DNA of 64,000 nt from Ginglymostoma cirratum (Eukaryota), in NCBI GenBank assembly GCA_024137785.1, contig JAHRHZ010000009.1, positions 19,345,199 to 19,409,198 on the forward strand, read 5' to 3'. The notes beneath the pieces were generated by a model. It searched no databases. It was given only the letters and a program-made list of their open reading frames with translations, and was not told where the DNA came from. The translations under genes and the position numbers were made by a program. This document shows, in pieces, positions 1 through 12,144 of this stretch. Within the stretch, counting starts at the first letter, position 1. Each line of letters starts with the position of its first letter.

Positions 1-220
1 ACCTGGCTCCATCCCCGCCTCTTCGACTTGTCTGCCTCCTCTCCACCTATCCTCTCCTCTATCCATCCTCTATCCGCCTCCCCCTCTCTCCCTATTTATC
101 TCAGAACCCTCTTCCCCTCCCCCATTTCTGATGAAGGGTTTAGGCCCGAAACGTCAAGTTTTCCTGCTCCTATGATGCTGCTTGACCTGCTGTGTTCATC
201 CAGCCCCATGCTTGTTATCT
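1..220 (+). mobile_element. Penelope-like element 3' end (young family A, hammerhead-bearing pLTR), short arm ending at GTTATCT
   Basis: Pyrimidine-rich 3' region, then CTGATGAAGGGTTTAGGCCCGAAACGTC and TTTTCCTGCTCCTATGATGCTGCTTGACCTGCTGTGTTCATCCAG. Near-identical to copies at 37962-38520 and 58158-58336. Confidence 0.8.
124..159 (+). ncRNA. Minimal hammerhead ribozyme motif (PLE type), intact core
   Basis: CTGATGA 128-134, extra A, stem II GGGT/GCCC with loop TTAG, GAAAC 148-152, GTC 153-155. Stem I ATTT/AAGT (one GU). Stem III is only the palindrome ACGT. Confidence 0.75.
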
Positions 221-1690
221 AGTTGTTGATGAGGACTGTCAGTGGCTATCAATGGGTAGTGTGAAATGGTCGGCTATGTGATAACAAGGCCTGGTGTATG
301 GGGTAAGGGACTGGAACATGGGAGAGTTTAGGCCCTAAAATTATTGAACTCAATATTGAGTCCAGAGGACTTGCAGGCTGCAAGAGAAAAATGAGGTGTT
401 GTTCTTCCAGCTTTGCTGGAAAACTGTTACAAGCCTGAGATAGAGATGTTGACCAGGGAACAGGGTGGTGTGTTAATGTGGCAGACAACAGGTAGCTCAG
501 GGTCTTTGTTGTGAGCAGAACGTAGATGTTCTGTGAAGCAGTCACCCAGTCTATGCTTCATTTCCCCAATGTAGAGAAGACCACATTTTGTGAGCAGTGA
601 ATGCAGTAGACTAGATTCTGGGGAGTGCTGGTGAAGTGTTGCTTCACCTGGAGGGTATGTTTGGGCCTTTGGATGGTCGGGAAGGAGGAGGTAAATAAGC
701 AGGTGTTTCCCCTTTGGTGGTTACAGGGGAAGGTGCGATGAGGCTGTGGGACGGTGTTGGGGGTGAAGGAAGCATGGACCAGGGTGTCCCAGAGGGAACG
801 TTTCCTGTGGAAGGTGGACAAGGGAGGGGAGGGGAATATGTATCTGGTGGTGGTGTCTCGCTGGAGGTGGCAGAAGTGGCGTCTGATGATCTTCTGGATG
901 TGGATGCTGGTGGGATGGTAGGTGAGGGTAAGGGGAACACCATCGCTGTTGCGGGTGGGAAGTGAAGGGGTGGAGGCGGAAGTGCAGGAGTTGGGTCAGA
1001 CCTAGTTGAAGGCCCTGTCGATAACACAGCTGGGGAATCCTCAGTTGAGGAAGAAGATGGACTTTCGGAGGCTCCCTTTTCAAAGTTGGCCTGATCTGAA
1101 CATACGCCACGGAGACAGAGGAACTGAAAGAATTTGATGGAGACTTTACCGGAAGCAGTGTGTGAGAGTGTATAGCCCAGGTAGCTGTGGGAGTCAGTGT
1201 GTTTATAGTGGATATTAGTGGCCAGTCTATCCCCAGAAATAGAAACAGAGATGTCCAGAAAGGGAAGGGAGAAGTCAGAGATAGACCAGGTGAAAGTGAG
1301 GGCAGGATGGAAAATGGAAGTGAAATCAATGGACTTTTTCAATTCTGGACGAGAGAGGGAAGCAGCACTGATGATATCATTGATGTATCAGAGAAAGAGT
1401 TGTGGGTGGGGGCCCCAAATAGGACTGGAACAAGGAATGTTTCACGTGCCCCGTGAAGAGGCAGGCATAACTGGGGCCCATGAGGATACCCATGGGCAGC
1501 CCTCTGACCTGAAGAAAGTGAGAGGAGTTAAAAGAGAAGTTGTTGAGGGTGAGGACGAGCTCGGCAAGCGGAGGAGGGTGATGGTGGATCGGGACGGTTC
1601 ATGGCTTTTCTCGAGGAAGAAGCAGAGAGCCCTAAGACTCTCCTGGTGGGGAATTAATGTGTAAAGGAATTGCATGTCCTTGGTAAAGAG
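221..1690 (-). mobile_element. Degenerate Penelope-like element, RT plus GIY-YIG endonuclease, 5'-truncated
   Basis: Minus-strand translation gives PMGILMGP, YIND (1376-1387, decayed YIDD), FHPALTFTWSIS..LPFLDISVSI..TDSHSYL, NLVYCIHCS..CGLLYIGE and KLEEQHLIF. Frameshifted. Confidence 0.9.
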
Positions 1691-3399
1691 ATCGAAAGAT
1701 CTCTTTACAAGATTGAAAACTCACCGTAAAACTACAGATTCTCCTCATTGGCTGAGTAAAATTCTTTGAGGCAGATGTGCACTAAATTAAGGTCATGCAC
1801 GTTATTGATGGTTCCTCTATGACAAGATCTCACTTTATGACAAACCTGGGAAGGATATTAACCCAAAACTGCCAGAGCAAAAATGGTGAAATTTGCCTGA
1901 AATCACCAATTCTGCCTCCAAATGTGGCATTTCTCATTTTTACAGGGCCAGGAGTGAGGTCCGGCTGAGCTTTGTGCACGTACAATTTGCAGGGGATAGC
2001 TGGTCATTTAACCAGCTGCCTCCAGTGAAGTGGAATTTTCTCAAACTGTTTCACGGGACTCAGAGTGGATTCAGGCCGAGTCAGTCCAGATTTGCTTGGA
2101 TGGCTAGCGTACCCTTTTGGAGCGGTAAGGTCTCCTTATTAGATAAGGTCTGAAAACACCTTTGGAGGGGTCAGTCACTGTTAGAAGTACTCAGGGTAGT
2201 GGTAGGAATGAGTGGGGGGTGCTATTCTTCGGAGTTATTAACACTGGAGAAGTGTATGCCTAAAGGACACATAAATCCTTTGAAACTATTAAGTTGTCAG
2301 CAATATTTCAGGACCTGTCAAGAACTGTCAAACCTGTCAAGTGTCAGAACTGTCTAGCAGTGTCAAACTTGTAAAGAATGTTTAACTTGTCTAGACCTGT
2401 CAAAATGTACTTTTTTTTAATAAATGAGGTTTTTTTTCAATAAATTATAGTCCATACTATAGAACTTTAAGTATTAGAACTGTACTTTTTTTCTCCTGTA
2501 TGCATGGATACCAGTGGGTGCTTGCCTAATTAGTATGGTAGGTGGGGAAAGGGGGTAAAAGGTGCCAAAAGTTGACATTAAGTTGGAAAGTAGGCAAAAG
2601 TTGACGCGGGGGATGAATAGAGGTGCACAGGGGAACAGGGCTCTAAGGAGCCATGGAGGTGGATAGGGGTCAATAGGCGGCATGAGTTCATGCAAATGGG
2701 CATACCAAGTTTGTGGGGCTGGAGGGGGAATGAGAAGTTTGTGAGAGAAGAGAGCATGGGAATTTTGAATTTTTATTCTTTCATTTTAATTGGAGGACTA
2801 TGTTGGGCCCTTGAGGCCCAGGTCCATCTCATAATCCAACATCTTGCTCAGCTTTACCTGGGTTGCCTGGCCCAACTTACAGTTCAGCTAGCCTGTTTTC
2901 CAACCCCACACTCTCCGCCCCCCGGACCAAAATGGGGAGTGCGCTGCCTATTTTTAAAGGAAACTTTTGCAAGGCCTGTAAACTTTCCATCTCTATGCTC
3001 CCGACCTGAGAACAAAACTTAGGTCAGTTGATTTTATTTCTGAAAACACTAGCTGCTTTTAATTCTTACTCATTTAACCTCGAAGAAGTCCATTACACAG
3101 TGAAGGGATTTAATGATTAATGATACTATCCAAGATATTGAGAGATGAGGTCTCTGTAGCACAGATGCTTTAAAATAATACTTTTCTGACATTGTGGCTG
3201 TGAAATTCCATGGGGGATGTGCAAATTTCCAATTTTAACTTTGGTGCAAAAATGTGTGAAATCCACAAAGGAGATTCATAGGCATTTTAGCCTCAGAGGC
3301 ACAACAAACTATTAGAATGAGCTTTTATCCCAAAACAATGCTTTTGAGGTGTGCGTGACGTAATACAACAATTCTGCAAAGGCTTCTTCAATAATACTT

Positions 3400-3630
3400 G
3401 TCAAACTGGTGACTTTTGAGGGCACAGAAGAACTAGAGAATACCACCAACCACAGATTTCCCTCCAAGTCATGAAGTGCCCTGATTTGGGACTGTAACAC
3501 TGTTCCTTTGTTTTTTGGGTCAAAAACTTTGAAATCCCTTCCTAAAAACACTGTGGGTGTACCTGTACTACACACATTTAAACAGTTCAAGATGGCAGTT
3601 CATTAACATCTAATCAAGGGTATTTTGGGG
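3400..3630 (+). mobile_element. 3' fragment of CR1/L2-group LINE
   Basis: Similar to the 3' ends of the LINEs at 7600-7810 and 23750-24335 (CCCTCCAAG.., TCCCTTCCTAA..ACTGTGGGTGTACCT, GTTCAAGA.GGCAG). Confidence 0.6.
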
Positions 3631-5134
3631 TTAACAAGATCTAAGTCGATATTTGCTTTTACCCAGTGCACACCAAAGTCATCGGTGTCTTTATCAGAGA
3701 AGACGCCAGGGAGACCTCAGCAGATTTTCAGTCGTGTTCTGCCAGTACTATTTCAGTCCCACGAAGTCCCTTGTAATTGAATGTGCTGTGTTTAACCAGC
3801 AGTCCCAAAAGCCAGGGGAACCATTAATCCTTTATTAAAGGTAAGAGGTTGTGACACATTAAAAAGTATGTTTACCTGAGACAGAATAATCATCAGAATC
3901 CTTAACCACCTGACAGTTTGCAAAAAGACTTGTCATTAGAGGAGGTGGTCCAGTATTCTAGACAAGATGATAAAAGAATCAAAAACCAGAAGAGATTGTA
4001 GGAAACTCAAAGGCTCAGTCTAAGTCCATTGATTGGCTAGGCCCAAAGTTGTTCACCTCCTCCCAACAAAAGGTCCAGCAGGTGTGGAGACAGGGTGAGG
4101 AACATCAATTTGAAATAATGGCATTGTGGTGTAAGAAGGCAACACCGACTACAGGGTCAAGCAGTAGGAGTTGCCCATTGTTTTTATTGGGACAGAATCA
4201 GTCATTTTCAGCACTCCTTAATTCAAGATCATTACTTAAATCAAGTAGATCCACGTCTGCATGATGAAGAGTACAAGAAATTAAACAGGAAATGTGAAGA
4301 AAAGAATGGAAATTACACACATTCTTGGTTACTTGAAAATCATTGACATTTTAGAAGTAGTTGATGGTCTAGGAAGTATTTTTAGTCAGACAATTTAAAA
4401 GGAAAGAATTGTGATACTGAATTTTGTTTCAACTCATGAGCAACTGTTGCTGCACTGCCTGACTCCTTGGAACAATTTGACATTTTACATCTTCAACAAG
4501 CAGGCATCAATATTCTGGGTCATGGAGGTGATAAGCTTTGTATTAGAGGTCATTTTGCAGCAACACATGTGTATGATGGTAAAGCTATTAATAAGCCTGT
4601 TTATACTTAGAGAATAAGAATAGATCCTTGTTACATTGGCAAATGTGCATTCTACGAGTCTCTTACAACAAGGCACAGAGATTGATGTCAAGATAATGTC
4701 GACATTTCAATTTGTGATGAATTACCTCAGTCTCTTCAGGAGTATGAGCTGTCATACCAAGAAGAGTGGACAACGCTTTGTCAAGATTTACCTCAACGTT
4801 TCCAAGCAACTGAATTTTTACACTAGAAGATTGAATGAACTTCTGTCAACAATTGCTGCAGCTTTTCCAAGAGTTTGACCAGATTAGTGATAGTCTTCCC
4901 AGACAGGGGAGACACCCAGTGGGTGAACCAGTGGATGTGGTACTAACAGGCCCAGTGTCAGCATTTCAGGATCTAAGTCCTGTGGTATCTGACCCTCCAG
5001 TCGCAAATGCGGTACGCTGAGTGGCCAATTCACCTTTCCTGAGATCCCCAGCATCATAGATGCTAACCTTCAGTCAGTTTGATTCACTCTATGTAATATC
5101 AAGAAGGGCTTTGAATGCAGCAAAAGGTATCGTC

Positions 5135-5308
5135 TCAGCAAAGGCATAATGTTTGGCACTATTCTTAATTCCTGTCTTAAGACTTATTTTCTTGTCTTGT
5201 TCTAAGTTAACGTGAATGGTGCCATGTATGTATGGCGAAGGTACACACTTTCCACTGTATTTTTACATTGAATACACATGACAATAAATAATTCAATTCA
5301 ATTCAATT
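5135..5308 (+). mobile_element. LINE 3' end with (ATTCA)n tail, Rex1/Babar-like
   Basis: TTTCCACTGTATTTT..TACACATGACAATAAA followed by ATTCAATTCAATTCAA. Interrupts the host LINE. Confidence 0.5.
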
Positions 5309-5584
5309 TATTCTGTCAATAATACTGAAGACTTGAGCTCCGAAATAAACACATCTCTAGCCAGGCTGTTCACTGCTAGAAACTGCGACTTACCCAACAA
5401 TATAGAACATTGCTTAGGTATATTCTGTTCATCAAAGTTAGGACTAATTCAACTTGGCTTCTGACTACCCTTTTAGTTTATTTTCAATCGTCGGTGAAGT
5501 TATGGAAGGTATCATCAAAGTGCTGTTAATCATCACTTACTCAACAATTAGCTGGCTCACTGCCATTTAGTTTTGTTCAGCCTG

Positions 5585-5803
5585 ATAATAAAAGCAAAGC
5601 ATTGCAGATGCTGGAAATCTGAAATAAAAACAGAAAGTGCTGGAGAAGTCTAGTAGAATGTATGGATAGAGAAACTGAGTTAATGTCTCAAATTCAATAT
5701 GACTTCTGACATGGGTCTCAAAGAAAAGACATATTTGACTCTGCTTCTCTATGCACAGATGCTGCCATAGCTGTTGAGTTTCTACAGCACTTTCTGATTT
5801 TTA
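5585..5803. mobile_element. Old PLE-derived inverted (hairpin) insertion
   Basis: TGCAGATGCTGGAAATCTGAAATAAAAACAGAAAGTGCTG arm mirrored by CAGCACTTTCTGATTTTTAT. Decayed centre. Confidence 0.6.
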
Positions 5804-5935
5804 TGCCACTCAGGTCCGGATCTCATTATAGTCTTGGTCCAAACATGGACAAAAGGCCTGTACTTAAGAGGAGAAGTGACTGCCATTAACACCAAGCCAG
5901 CATTTTGTCAAGAGTGGCATCAAGGAGTCGTAGGA

Positions 5936-6943
5936 AGTGATGTGCTATAAGGATTCGGTGCTGGGTCCATGGCTTTTCATCATTTATATAAATGCTTTCG
6001 ATGTGAACATAGGAGGTCGGTCAGTAAGTTTGTAGATGACACCAAAATTGGAGGTGTAGCGGATAGCGAAGAAAGCTACTTCAGAGTACACCAGGACCTT
6101 GATCAGATGGGCCAATGGGCTGAGGGCTGGCAAATGGAGTTTAATTTAGATAGATGTGATGTGATGCATTTTGGAAAGGCAAATCAGTGCAGCACTTATA
6201 CATTTAATGGCAAGGTCCTGGAGTGCGTTGCTGTACAAAGAAACCTTGGAGTATAGATTCATAGTTCCTTGAAAGTGGAGTCCCAGGTAGACAGGATAGT
6301 GAAGAAGGTGTTTGGTTTGCTTGTCTTTATTGGTAAGTGCATTGAGTATAAGAGTTGGCAAGTCATGTAGCAGGTGTAAGGGACAGTGGTGAGGCCACTT
6401 TTGGAATACTGCGTTAATTCTGGTTTCCCTGCTCTAGGAAGGATGTTGTGAAATTTGAGAAGGCTTTGAAAATATTTACAAGGATGTTGCCAGGATTGGA
6501 GAGTTTGAGCTGTAGGGAAAGGCTGAATAGACTGGAGCTATTTTCCCTGGAGTGTCAGAGGCTGAGGGGTAACCTTATAGATGTTTATAAAATCATGAGG
6601 GACATGGATAGGATGAATAGCCAAGGTTGTTTCCCAGGGGTGGAGGAGTCCAAAACTAGAGGGTATAGGTTTAAGGTGAGAGGGAAAAGACTTAAAAGAG
6701 ATCTAAGGGGCACTTTTTAGCGCAGAGGGTGGTGAGTGTATGGGATGAGCTGCCAGAGGAAGTGGTGGAGGCTGGTACAATTACAACATTTAAAAGTCAT
6801 CTGGATGGTTATATAAATCAGAAGGGTTTAGAGGGATATGGGTCAAATGTTGGCAAATGAGATCAGATTAATTTCAGATATCTTGTCAGCATGGACGAGT
6901 TGGATCAAAGGGTCTGTTTCCCTGCTGTACAGTTCTATGACTC
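5936..6943 (+). mobile_element. CR1 (HER1-like) LINE, 5'-truncated
   Basis: SVLGP, SKFVDDTKIGGV (6029-6040), WQMEFN..C.VMHFG, FSLE..RLRG.LI.VYKIM, CR1 3' UTR ending TCTATGACTC. Has stops and frameshifts. Confidence 0.9.
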
Positions 6944-7914
6944 GACAACTGGAATGAATTAGAATGTGGGGGGGGGAGGAGTCTTTCTCTGGTTAGATAC
7001 ATAACAAGCACAAACAGGATGGCTGTGGTTGGTGGAAGTTAATCATCTCAGGCAAAGGACATCCCTGCAGGAGTTCCTCATATGACATCCTAGGCCTAAC
7101 TATCTTCCACCCCTTCACAAATTTTTTTTTTCCTCCATCATAAAGTTAGAGGTGAGGATATTCAATGAGGAATGCATAATGTTCAGTACAATTGGGCTCC
7201 TCAGATACTAGATCAGACTGTCTCCAACGCAGTAAGATCCAGAAAACATCTCGTCTTTAGCTTTTAAGTGGCAATGACCATCTTCAACAAGAGATAATCC
7301 AACTATTGCCCTTTGCCTTTACAATTTCTGAATCCCTGACTATCAGCATCCTGTGGTTTACATTTAACGAGAAACTGAACTTGATTGGTTATATAAACAC
7401 TGTAGCTATACTAGCAAGTCGAAGATTAGAAGTTCTGCCTGTTTGAACATACTTAATACCATCAACATATACTCCCTCCACACCATTGTACTTTGAAACC
7501 AGTGTGTGTACTATCTACAAGATGCACTGCAATAATTCACCAAGGCTCATTACACAACACCTTCCAAACTCACAATATTTAGCAATTAGTTTGGACAGGG
7601 GCAATAGGTAATGCAAACACCATCAACTTCAAGCTTCGACCTAAGCCACACAACATCCCTTTTTGGAACTGTATTTCCATTCTTTCACAGTTGCTAGGTC
7701 AAAATCCTCAAACTCCATCTCTAACAACATTGTGAGCATTCATACATCCAAATATTACAGCGGTTCAGAAAGGCAAGTTACAGCAACCTTCTCAAAAGCA
7801 ACTACAGATAACATCTAAGACAACATTACAAATCTTACTCTTTGCATTTAAGCTGTTGAAAGGTCAATTCAAAGTCAGCCCACAGACCTTTACCTTTCAA
7901 TGTCAAATGAAAAC

Positions 7915-8020
7915 TGAAAGAACTGAGGATGCTGTAAATCAGGAACAAAAACAGGAGTTGCTGGAAAAGCCCAGCAGGTCTGGCAGTATCTGTGAAGAAA
8001 AAAGTCAGAGTTTTGTTTTT
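7915..8020 (-). mobile_element. Old PLE 3'-end fragment
   Basis: GAACTG.GGATGCTGTAAATCAG..GCTGGAAAAGC.CAGCAGGTCTGGCAG.ATCTGTG, related to 43820-43995. Confidence 0.55.
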
Positions 8021-9157
8021 GTACCTTTCTATCCCAGTTTGAATGATGAGGAGAACATTGGGTCCATCGCAACATTTGAATCTGTGAACAACAAACTTTG
8101 AGGGGAGATCATGAAGTTGCGGGTATTTGTATTTCAATATTTTGTATTAATTATGTCGGAAAATACTTTCAGTTAGTAATGTTAGAATCTGAGAATATAC
8201 TGGGGGAGAGATGTTATGATAGGGTATAATGAATGTGCAGATGATCTTCTGAGGTGTGCTGTGATGTAACTGTGACCTCAAGGTTCCTGTGAGAGCAACC
8301 TAGGGCAGAAATACCTACTGCATGACCTTCAAGTGTACTAATTAATTAAATGTGTTTGACGAAATACCTTGAGATTTAACCTGAGCTTATCTGAACAGAT
8401 GAACTCATAATAATGAAGGTGTTATTTAAATGCATGACATTGTTGTTGAATCTTTGGTGCCATCACTTCTCATCTGTGGAGTGCACAAACTTTGTTAACT
8501 CTTACATTTTCCAATGCTGTTTCATTAACTCTTATGTGTAACCTCTCATATTTCTGAGACGCCACTTTGCATTTACCAACAGTGACATCTAACACTTGCA
8601 AAATAAAAGGAAAGTGCCTAAACTCGATGTTAATGATTGTATTTGCATACTGTTTGCAGTCTAACAGTGCCGGTTTCAAATCAGGATAAATTACTTACAA
8701 TGCAACATGCTGTTCTCCAGGTGAAATAAGAATAATTTCTGATTTTTACAGAAACAAAACTAGGAAGAAATTATGGTTTACTTTCCAAAATGTTTCAAGG
8801 TTACTCATCCATCACTGGCACACATTGGCTGCACTACATCGCTTCACAGTACGTACATAATAGAATCCTCAGTTTGCAGTCTAGATGTTCAATGTGGCAT
8901 CAGGGTGGCATAATCCAGATCAGAAAGAGGAAATAGCTGCAAAGTTTGTCTTTGTGCTTATTGGGTCACTGATGGCCTAACGGAGTCATTAAAACCTCTC
9001 TCAAGGAGAATTAGTTAGATATTGATCCATCCATTTCTGTTGGAAAGGATCAAACAAAGGAGGTTTCAATTTCGTTTTTATATTTTTGTTCTGAAGGTCA
9101 CTTGTTACATTTTGTACTCGACTTTTATTGCATATGAATGTATAACATGCAGTATCT

Positions 9158-9590
9158 GGGTTAGAATTCTACCTTTGGAGACTTGAAGTTGATATCCTAG
9201 CCTGGACACCTTGGTCTGAATGGCCTATTTCTCTACTGTAGTGACACTTTGACACTATTGTGCAATACTGAAGGAGGGCTGCATTGTCAGGAATACCATG
9301 TTTGAGATGAAGCACAACACCAAGAAATCATCTGATTAACTTTCAAATGGCTGTAATTTAACCATTCTCATTGTTTTGAAATAGTGGGTTCGGTGATAAT
9401 TGGTTCACGCAATATTTGTAGACCAGTCAGTGTCAATGATTATAGAGTCTTTACCACATTGCTGCTTGTGGGAGCTTGCTGTGTACAAAGTGCTTTCATG
9501 TTTCCTAGGTTACACCAACCTCAATAGTATTTTATTGGCAGTGAAGCCTGTAAGGTGCTTTTGAAAGTGAGATAGAAATGTAAGTCTTCC
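9158..9590 (+). mobile_element. Ancient Deu-domain SINE (SacSINE1/AmnSINE1-like)
   Basis: CACATTGCTGCTTGTGGGAGCTTGCTGTGTACAAA core and tail ending TAGAAATGTAAGTCTT. Heavily diverged. Confidence 0.55.
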
Positions 9591-10997
9591 TTTTGTATTC
9601 AAAGCCATAACCAAAACAGGTGGGGACACAATATCTATAATTAATGAATTTAAGTTTTTTTTTTAGCTTTTGCTTATGTGATGGAATGGTTGAGAAATTG
9701 AGATGGAGGTTCTGATGGAAGATCAAGGAGATGATTTTATGAGAAGGAGAAATCTTTATGAGATCAAGAATTAGTTTTCGTATGTATTGATTGCTTATTC
9801 TTCTAAGAAATGTCAGAAATTCAGCAATACACTTGCCAGATAGCAATTTAAATGGTATGTATACGGAATGTGTTATTTTTGCTGGTTAACCAACATTTTA
9901 AATTTACGATGGTTACAACAATTACCCTTTCAACACAGAAAGCTTGATGTTGTCAACAACAATAACTTGCATTTATGTGCCACTTTTGGGAATTTGCAAA
10001 GTACTCACAGCTGTTGAGTCCTTCTGGGATTTGTGCTGCAGGCACATACTTAAAGCCCAGGTCAAACACTACCGGCTAGGAATAGCTTTCACAGTAAATG
10101 TAGTGGGAAGAAAATGAAAAAGAAACACTTTGTGGGCAGAAAGGTTGTATAGGGGGCACTCTACTAGAAATGGAATCCACAATCATAAATGTATTACCAC
10201 TTAATATCATCCCCTGTCTGAGAGACTGTCTCAGTAACTGGCTGTGAGAATGAAGCTACAGGGGTTACTGCATTAATGCCATATCAACTTAAAATGCCGT
10301 CCGAAGGAATGCTACTCTGTCCCTATTAAGTGAAGTAGGGTAATATCATGCTAGTGTTGAATCAACCCCTGATGCCTTCTCCAACATTCAATAAAATCAT
10401 ATTTGATTTTTGACTTCAATCTATTTTCCATACTATCCCCATATCACCTGATTCCATTAATATCTAAAATGGTGCAGACATTTTGTGTGCTCATGCGTGT
10501 GTTATTTATGAATCTGTAAACCCCAACTTTCAGTCTTTAGAGAATTTGCAATACCATGCTCTAGCTTGTGTATGGTTTAAGTGTCATCAGGTCTAAGGTA
10601 GGGTACAAATGTGTCTTTCAGTGTTGAGAAACATAACCAACATTGAAGATTGATCAACATTGAACTTGATCAAAAAAATGTACTGTGAACAAATAGTAGT
10701 AGGAGCTAGAAGTAGTGCTGGTGCACTCATTCACTTTCCATTCAGTAGAAATTGACTAAAGCAGATGCCATAAGACCATATTTTAAAACTTCTGGTACTT
10801 GTGCACCTTCAGTGCCCTAAAGCTTAATCTCTAGTATCTCTTTTCAACACTCTGCCAATCTACTTCTCTTTCTGCTTTAAAACTATTAACAAACATTTGA
10901 CAACTTGTCACAATATCTCCTTATCTGTTCAGCGTCAGATTTTATCACATAATCATCGTTTAAAATGCTCTGGGAGTTTTGTTAGTGTGTCTATGTA

Positions 10998-11390
10998 GTG
11001 TTCTTTATGCCTACAAAACATTCCAAAGCACTTTACAGGTAATAAATATTTCTGAAGCACAGAGTTACTGAAGTAAAGCAAGAAATGTAGCAACTAATTT
11101 GAGAACAACTGAATAACAAGTGGAGAAATTTTTTTATGGTGTTGATTTAGTGATAAATATTGGCAAGGACAAATGAAATAACTTGCCTGGTCTCTCACAA
11201 GATAAATCATTGAGACTTTTTAGATTCCCTTGAGGGAACAGATGCGACCTCAAGTTACCATCTCAACTGGAAGACAGCACTTCTAACAATAAACCACTGA
11301 TGTAACAGCCTTGTTCATTGAACTAAAATGTTTGGAGTGGGACTTGCACCTCTGTTTTATAGGTGAAAATGTTACCAACTGACTAAGCCA
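10998..11390 (-). mobile_element. Ancient Deu-domain SINE
   Basis: CCAAAGCACTTTACAG.., GATAAATATTGGC.AGGACA, AAGACAGCACTTCTAACA, TGGAGTGGGACTTG (reverse B-box region). Confidence 0.55.
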
Positions 11391-12144
11391 AGGTTGAACA
11401 TTAATAAATAAATTGTTTAAAGCAGGCTTTTTGATCATCAGTTTCACAGCCTCACCCAACCTCCTGATTCAGCGTACAGCAATAGTCATGGTCAAGTATT
11501 CTTTTAACCCAACATCTTGATTTGACACCACTGATGGCAATTTCTAAAATATACTACACCCCATTTCTCCACTCCCCGTATGCAGTGTAAGCTTTATTGA
11601 ACAGCAGACTTGGTTCCCACTCTTTCTTCAGGGAAGAAAGTCACAGACAATGAAAAATTTCAATTTCCTGGCAAGAGACTGAGAATTCTGCTCATCCCTA
11701 CACATCTTCTCCCACTCTGCTGGTGCCTGATTGAGAATACTGACACACTGCTCATAAATCAGCTGATGCCATTACTGAGAGAAATTGACAGTGCTATAAA
11801 TGTTACATTCCAGTTTTTTTCTTGCACTGCCATAGAGACAGGCTTTATCCAGTGGTACTGCAAAGAAAATTATTATAATTTATTTTCTTTACTTTCTCGT
11901 TATGGTTGGACGATAGGTCAACCCATAAATCATGTCTCAGTAAAATCATTTTATTTCTTGCATAATTTAATGGTGGATGGTGCAAGTCATTATTTGATGG
12001 TGAAAATTATTATATAAAATTGATGAATAAGGAGATATATAATAATGAGGCAATAAATAAGGAAAGATAAAGAGTGCATTGATATCACTGATATCACTGA
12101 TTCATTTTAACAAAATACCAGCTTATAAAATAATCGTGTGGTCC

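Larger units (their letters stand above)
5020..7810 (+). mobile_element. Degenerate CR1/L2-group LINE (RT to 3' end) hosting three nested insertions
   Basis: Collinear with the LINE at 21440-24335 (CCCCAGCATCA.AGAT, GATGGAAGGTATCATC, GTGGCATCAAGGAG, GCAGGAGTTCCTCA, 3' tail). Interrupted at about 5135-5308, 5585-5803 and 5936-6943. Confidence 0.75.

Noticed and set aside
644-1342. 232-aa ORF as a functional gene
   Set aside because: Frameshifted PLE RT fragment with a decayed catalytic motif (YIND); the Pro/Ser-rich half is out of frame.
1683-1708. Rho-independent terminator
   Set aside because: Eukaryotic context and no U-tract; treated as a junction fold-back instead.
8695-8765. Possible minus-strand exon ending in GTAAGT
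   Set aside because: Splice-like signals only, with no recognisable protein and no partner exons.
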